From assembly GCA_041175285.1 (NCBI GenBank), contig JBEDFG010000006.1, forward strand, positions 1 through 43,585: DNA of 43,585 nt. Reading direction: 5' to 3'. Shown here one piece after another: positions 38,902 through 43,585 of this stretch (positions are counted from its first letter, which is position 1; the number at the start of each line of letters is the position of its first letter). The notes beneath the pieces are model-generated. The model did not search any database, was not told the origin of the DNA, and saw nothing but the letters and a program-made list of their open reading frames with translations. Source of the stretch: Bacteroidota bacterium. Lineage in GTDB: Bacteria; Bacteroidota; Bacteroidia; Cytophagales; Spirosomataceae. The position numbers and the translations under genes are program-made.

Positions 38902-38928
38902 CTCACTCTAATTTATAAATCGTTGAAA

Positions 38929-40269
38929 TTACAGAGCAGCTGCAATTTCTTTGAATTTCTCCACATCGATTTTAAAAACCTTGTGCGGGATATTTTCAAC
39001 GATCGCACTCGATACTTTATCCGAGAACGCTTGATTGTACAAGTTCATGAAGTTATCTCCTTTTGATTTATCGCTTAAGTATCCCATGGCGATTTTCTCA
39101 ATCATTTCCTCGATTCCCGGTTGATCCGAAGATAAATAGCCACCAAACTGCTGACGTACCATATCTTTCGCTTTCTCAACTACCTCTGGATATTCAACTT
39201 TCACGTCAAATTTCGCAGCGATTTCGTTCTTGATTAAGTTCCAACGGATATCACGTTTCACATTATCAAAATCTTGATCAATTTGCTCCGGTGTAAATTT
39301 ACCTTCATTGATACGAACTAACCAAGTACGCAAGAATTCCTCTGGAAGATCAATTTTAACGTTTTCGATCAACGCTTTTTCCGCATCGATACGTAGTAAA
39401 TAATTCGCCTCACGTGCATAATTCTCAGAAACAATCTTCTCAACTTCCGCTAAGAATGTTTTTTCGTCTGTTGCTTTTCCTGGCCCTAAAACTTTGTCGA
39501 AAAATTCAACAGTCATTTCAGCTGGAACCTGACGCGTGATATCTTCTACTACATAAGAAACTTCACCTTTCAAATCAGCTACTTCTTCTTCTTTTTTTCC
39601 TGTTGCTAATGCCAACGATTTTGCGTCAACAAATACCTTATCGATCGCAAATGTTAGGGTATCTCCCTTCTTTGCACCAATGAATATTTTCTTTGATTTG
39701 TCTTGAATCGCATGCATCGGAATAGCTGATTTCTCAACCCAATCTCCTTGCGTAAATGTTCCAAACACTAAATCACGATCTTCCACTGCATCTGGATGCG
39801 TTTGATCGCCAAATTGCTTTTTCAAGTTTTCAACTGTTTCAGCAATTTCTTTTTTATCCGCCTTGATTTCGTAAGACTTAATTTCTTTCATTTTGGCTAA
39901 ATCCACTTTGAAATCAGAGTGAAAACCTAAATCATAATGAAATGTAAATTCAGTGTCTTTTTCCCAATCAATCGAATCTGCTTCTTCTACAGCTGGAAGT
40001 GGCTCACCCACTAAATTCAATTTATTTTCTTTGATATAATCACTAACGGCGTGGCCTAATTCGTGATTAATTACATCCACTAATGCCGACTGACCATACA
40101 ATTTTTTGATTAAAGTTGCAGGAACCATGCCTGGACGAAAACCTTTGATCGACGCTTTCTTGCGATAGTCTTTCAATTTAGCTTCAACTTTCTCTTTGTA
40201 ATCAGCCTCAGTTACAACAACAGTCAAACGACCTTGTAAATCACTTGCTTTATTGAGTGAAATGTTCAT
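38929..40269 (-). CDS. tig: Trigger factor
   Basis: Ribosome-binding motif GFRPGMVP; 446 aa; tig-clpP-clpX order. Confidence 0.95.
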   Translation of the reverse strand: MNISLNKASDLQGRLTVVVTEADYKEKVEAKLKDYRKKASIKGFRPGMVPATLIKKLYGQSALVDVINHELGHAVSDYIKENKLNLVGEPLPAVEEADSIDWEKDTEFTFHYDLGFHSDFKVDLAKMKEIKSYEIKADKKEIAETVENLKKQFGDQTHPDAVEDRDLVFGTFTQGDWVEKSAIPMHAIQDKSKKIFIGAKKGDTLTFAIDKVFVDAKSLALATGKKEEEVADLKGEVSYVVEDITRQVPAEMTVEFFDKVLGPGKATDEKTFLAEVEKIVSENYAREANYLLRIDAEKALIENVKIDLPEEFLRTWLVRINEGKFTPEQIDQDFDNVKRDIRWNLIKNEIAAKFDVKVEYPEVVEKAKDMVRQQFGGYLSSDQPGIEEMIEKIAMGYLSDKSKGDNFMNLYNQAFSDKVSSAIVENIPHKVFKIDVEKFKEIAAAL

Positions 40270-40293
40270 ATAGAATTGTTTAATTAATCAATT

Positions 40294-40331
40294 AAAAAAA
40301 GCCCTCAAAAACCTATCGGTGTTGAGGGCTT
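40294..40331 (-). terminator. Intrinsic terminator downstream of tRNA-Leu
   Basis: Minus strand reads AAGCCCTCAA-loop-TTGAGGGC followed by TTTTTTT. Confidence 0.75.
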
Positions 40332-40335
40332 GCCT

Positions 40336-40420
40336 TGGTACGGGTGGAGGGACTCGAACCCCCATGCCTCGCGGCGCCAGATCCTAAGTCTGGTATGTCT
40401 ACCAATTCCACCACACCCGC
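40336..40420 (-). tRNA. tRNA-Leu(TAG)
   Basis: Minus strand GCGGGTGTGGTGGAATTGGTAGAC, anticodon arm CCAGA-CTTAGGA-TCTGG, long variable arm, GGTTCGAGTCC T-loop, encoded CCA end. Confidence 0.97.
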
Positions 40421-40433
40421 GTAATTTGGAGTG

Positions 40434-40465
40434 CAAAGGTAATCAGCAAAACTTATTATTCCAAA
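40434..40465 (-). promoter_or_regulatory. Full Bacteroidota housekeeping promoter for tRNA-Leu
   Basis: TTTG (-33, 40462-40465), 20-nt spacer, TACCTTTG (-7, 40434-40441). Confidence 0.8.
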
Positions 40466-40531
40466 GGTGTTCAGCAAATAATCTACAGAATAAACATTTT
40501 ATGTTATTTTTGGTTTTACAACTCAAAACCT

Positions 40532-40648
40532 ATGTCAGTTCAACACGAAGAATCCCGGCCTAATTGGCGCACCTGGTACATCGCTTTAGGTGCATTCCTG
40601 TTGAGCATCATCTTATTTTTCATCGGATTTTCCGCATTTTTCAGCTAA
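40532..40648 (+). CDS. 38-aa single-pass membrane protein preceding the symporter
   Basis: Translated by hand as MSVQHEESRPNWRTWYIALGAFLLSIILFFIGFSAFFS*; ends 3 nt before the symporter ATG. Confidence 0.7.
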   Translation: MSVQHEESRPNWRTWYIALGAFLLSIILFFIGFSAFFS

Positions 40649-40651
40649 GTC

Positions 40652-42340
40652 ATGCACCTACTCGACTGGATAATATTGGTGTTGACTATTGGCGGAATCG
40701 TCGCATATGGCAGTTGGCGAGGCCAACAAACCAAACAGTCTTTACAAGGATTTTTATTGGCCGATCGGGAATTGCCTTGGTACCATGTGTTACTTTCGGT
40801 CATGGCGACCCAAGCTTCAGCCATCACCTTTTTATCGGCTCCTGGCCAGGCCTACACGGATGGCATGCGCTTTGTTCAGTTTTATTTGGGTTTACCGATC
40901 GCCATGATTGTCTTATCCATGACCTTCATTCCCAATTACTACCGACTTCAAGTTTACACAGCTTACCAGTTTCTAGAAAAACGATTTGACCCTAAAACGC
41001 GCGTATTAACCAGTTTACTGTTTTTAATTCCAAGGGCATTATCTACCGGCGTAACCATCGCCGCTCCTTCCATTATCCTATCGATCCTTTTAGGCTGGGA
41101 TTTAACATGGACTAATACTTTAACTGCTGCGCTGGTGACAACCTACTGTATGCTGGGAGGATCCAAAGCCATTTCCTACACGCAAATGCTACAAATGTCA
41201 GTTGTATTAGCGGGTATGATATTAGCCGCCGTATTAATTATTTACCAATTACCGCCAGAAATCGGCGTCAAACAATCGCTGCAAATTGCCGGTAAAATGG
41301 GGAAGATCAATTTGATCGACTGGAAATTCGATTTGAATAATCGCTATAATATATGGTCAGGGATCATAGGCGGATTCTTTTTGCAACTCTCCTATTTCGG
41401 CACCGACCAAAGCCAAGTAGGACGTTACCTCTCCGGTCAATCTGCTACGCAAAGTAGAAAAGGCTTGTTACTCAATGGCTTCCTGAAGATTCCCATGCAA
41501 TTCTTCATTTTACTGGTAGGAATATTTGTTTTTATCTTCTATCAGTTTCACGAACCACCGATGTTTTTCAATAAAAACACGGAGGCCGTTTGGGTGAAAC
41601 AGGCGGATGCCCAACAAATCAATCAGGAGAAAAAGTCATTATTTGAGGCCAAGAAAAAGGCTGAATTAGATTTAGTCGAGGCCATCGAAAATAATACGGC
41701 GGCGGTAACGCCATTGAAAAATGAAATTAATTCGCTTCATGAGCGCCAACTGAAATTACGTGAGGCCGCGGTATCCTCGATGGAAAAGTCGGCAATTTCC
41801 TTTGAAAAAAATGACACAAATTACATTTTCTTAAGTTACATCATTGATCATTTACCTATCGGAATCATTGGATTTTTGATCGCGATGATCTTATTATCTT
41901 CGATGGGTTCCATGGCTTCGGCATTCGGATCACTGACATCTACGAGTATGGTGGATATTTACCAGCGGTTTATAAATCCAGAAAGAAGCCATAGGCATTA
42001 TTGGTGGGCATCAAAAATAACGACTTTAGGTTGGGGCATTCTATGTCTCATTGTTGCCCATTTTGCCACAAACATGGGCAGTTTAATTGAAGTGGTCAAT
42101 ATTCTTGGCTCCTGGTTTTATGGGACTATATTAGGCATCTTCCTTTGCGCCTTTTATTTACCGGCAACTGAGGGAAAACACGTATTCTGGTCGGCATTAC
42201 TCGCAGAGATCATCGTTATCGTAGCGTGGTATTATGAGGTTATGGCATTTTTGTGGTTAAATGTACTTGGTTGCTTATTGGTCATGATTTTTTCTGTTAT
42301 TTTGCAACAAATTGACCGATTAAGGGCGCATGCTGTTTAA
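40652..42340 (+). CDS. Sodium:solute symporter family protein
   Basis: SVMATQASAITFLSAPG, YQFLEKRFD, GTDQSQVGRYL; multiple TM helices. Confidence 0.92.
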   Translation: MHLLDWIILVLTIGGIVAYGSWRGQQTKQSLQGFLLADRELPWYHVLLSVMATQASAITFLSAPGQAYTDGMRFVQFYLGLPIAMIVLSMTFIPNYYRLQVYTAYQFLEKRFDPKTRVLTSLLFLIPRALSTGVTIAAPSIILSILLGWDLTWTNTLTAALVTTYCMLGGSKAISYTQMLQMSVVLAGMILAAVLIIYQLPPEIGVKQSLQIAGKMGKINLIDWKFDLNNRYNIWSGIIGGFFLQLSYFGTDQSQVGRYLSGQSATQSRKGLLLNGFLKIPMQFFILLVGIFVFIFYQFHEPPMFFNKNTEAVWVKQADAQQINQEKKSLFEAKKKAELDLVEAIENNTAAVTPLKNEINSLHERQLKLREAAVSSMEKSAISFEKNDTNYIFLSYIIDHLPIGIIGFLIAMILLSSMGSMASAFGSLTSTSMVDIYQRFINPERSHRHYWWASKITTLGWGILCLIVAHFATNMGSLIEVVNILGSWFYGTILGIFLCAFYLPATEGKHVFWSALLAEIIVIVAWYYEVMAFLWLNVLGCLLVMIFSVILQQIDRLRAHAV

Positions 42341-43585
42341 TTCTTTTTCCTTTCTTGTTTTCCTTCCCATTGTTTATGCGCTGTTTTGGGGTGTCCATTA
42401 TGCCAAAGGAATTCAACACAAACTTAAATGGCAACATGCGATTTTATTGATCGCCAGTTACTTTTTCTATGCGTATTGGAACATTTGGTTTCTCGTATTG
42501 CTCATTTTTTCGACTAGCTTAGATTTTTATTCAGGCCAAAAAGTCCAATCCTCTTCAAGGGTTTCAGCTAAAAAAACATGGTTTTGGCTAAGTATAGGTG
42601 TCAATTTTGCACTTCTCGGTTTTTTCAAATACTATAATTTCATTGTTTCAAGTTTGGCTGATTTGGCACAAACGATTGATTGGAGCTGGGAACCCACCCT
42701 GTTATTAATCACCTTACCTGTTGGGATTTCGTTCTATACCTTTCACGGATTATCCTATGTGATTGATATTTATTACGACCGTATCAAACCCGAAAAGGAT
42801 ATGTTGGTCTACGGCCTATTCGTCTGTTTCTTTCCTTTATTAGTTGCGGGACCAATCGAACGAGCCAATCACTTAATCCCTCAATTAAAGGAAGAAAAGA
42901 AGTTTAATCGCGCTCAAACGATATTTGGATTGCAACAAATGCTGTGGGGATTTTTCAAGAAAATTGTCATTGCAGATAATTGCGCTGTTTATGTGAATCA
43001 GATTTTCGCTCAGCACGAAACTTTAAATTCAGGCAGCTTACTGGTGGGTGCCGTTTTATTTTCCTTTCAAATTTATGGTGACTTTTCAGGCTATTCAGAT
43101 ATAGCCTTGGGTACAGCGCGTCTGTTTGGCATTGAGTTATTGAACAATTTCAATTTCCCATACTTTGCGAAAAACGTGGCTGAATTTTGGAAGCGCTGGC
43201 ATATCTCTTTGACCTCCTGGTTCCGAGATTACCTGTATATCCCGTTGGGCGGCAACCGCGTCTCCAAATTACGCCGCGTAGGAAATACCTTGACCGTATT
43301 TTTAGTGAGTGGATTGTGGCATGGGGCAAGTTGGACCTATGTCTTTTGGGGATTCTTAAATGGTTTATTTCTAGTTCCCCAAGCGGTGAGCAAGCGGTTT
43401 GCCTGGGTGTCAACATCCAAGCTCGTTTCAGGTTTCCGCATCGTACTCACTTTTAGCATTGTGACCATCTTCTGGGTATTTTTTAGAGCCAAAAGTATTG
43501 GTGAGGCATTTGCGTTTTTGACGGGAATGGTCCAACATGGCGGCTGGATTCCGGATATTTCAGGAAGAAAAAACCTGTTGATTTT
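42330..43585 (+). CDS. MBOAT family O-acyltransferase (AlgI/DltB-like), truncated by the window end
   Basis: Absent from the ORF track because it has no stop in the window. Translated by hand: MLFNS, FFKYYNF, LPVGISFYTF, LVAGPIER, DFSGYSD, FWKRWHISL, SGLWHGA. Confidence 0.92.
   Translation, partial: MLFNSFSFLVFLPIVYALFWGVHYAKGIQHKLKWQHAILLIASYFFYAYWNIWFLVLLIFSTSLDFYSGQKVQSSSRVSAKKTWFWLSIGVNFALLGFFKYYNFIVSSLADLAQTIDWSWEPTLLLITLPVGISFYTFHGLSYVIDIYYDRIKPEKDMLVYGLFVCFFPLLVAGPIERANHLIPQLKEEKKFNRAQTIFGLQQMLWGFFKKIVIADNCAVYVNQIFAQHETLNSGSLLVGAVLFSFQIYGDFSGYSDIALGTARLFGIELLNNFNFPYFAKNVAEFWKRWHISLTSWFRDYLYIPLGGNRVSKLRRVGNTLTVFLVSGLWHGASWTYVFWGFLNGLFLVPQAVSKRFAWVSTSKLVSGFRIVLTFSIVTIFWVFFRAKSIGEAFAFLTGMVQHGGWIPDISGRKNLLI

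Noticed and set aside
40270-40420. Integrative element at tRNA-Leu
   Set aside because: No integrase and no duplicated tRNA 3' end; tig follows directly.
1755-43456. Many 60-140 aa antisense or alternate-frame ORFs in the track (e.g. 3398-3778, 18235-18576, 18688-19083, 40564-40989, 43187-43456)
   Set aside because: They lie within well-supported genes, often start at non-ATG codons and have no recognisable motifs; treated as shadow ORFs.
1-43585. CRISPR array, prophage, IS element, rRNA or defence system
   Set aside because: No repeat-spacer array, transposase, phage or defence motifs were seen on reading; a very diverged element could have been missed.

Overview
This 43.6 kb window is a densely packed core-genome segment of a Bacteroidota bacterium. 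The evidence is repeated TAnnTTTG -7 promoter boxes, AT-rich starts without Shine-Dalgarno sequences, a long NusB and the nusB-YtxH-DUF1573-yajC-coaE gene order; a compact Cytophagales-type genome is inferred but not proven. It holds about 40 genes: housekeeping genes (rarA, thiN, moaC, moeA, lgt, nusB, yajC, coaE, dnaX, proA, cmk, clpX, clpP, tig, tRNA-Leu), a murein-peptide recycling cluster, a periplasmic heme-c dehydrogenase-like module and several transporters. No transposase, integrase, prophage or CRISPR array was seen. The main signals beyond the ORF track are: (1) a complete E. coli-style -1 ribosomal frameshift cassette in dnaX; (2) an unannotated 47-aa ORF encoding a signal peptide plus a +7 cationic peptide, with its own promoter and a 13-bp inverted repeat; (3) an in-frame fusion of CoaE to an EEP phosphoesterase through an internal signal peptide; (4) two adjacent genes each broken by a 4-bp tandem duplication, plus an out-of-frame moeA start, hinting at decay of molybdenum-cofactor functions. 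All calls come from reading motifs by eye; no searches were run.
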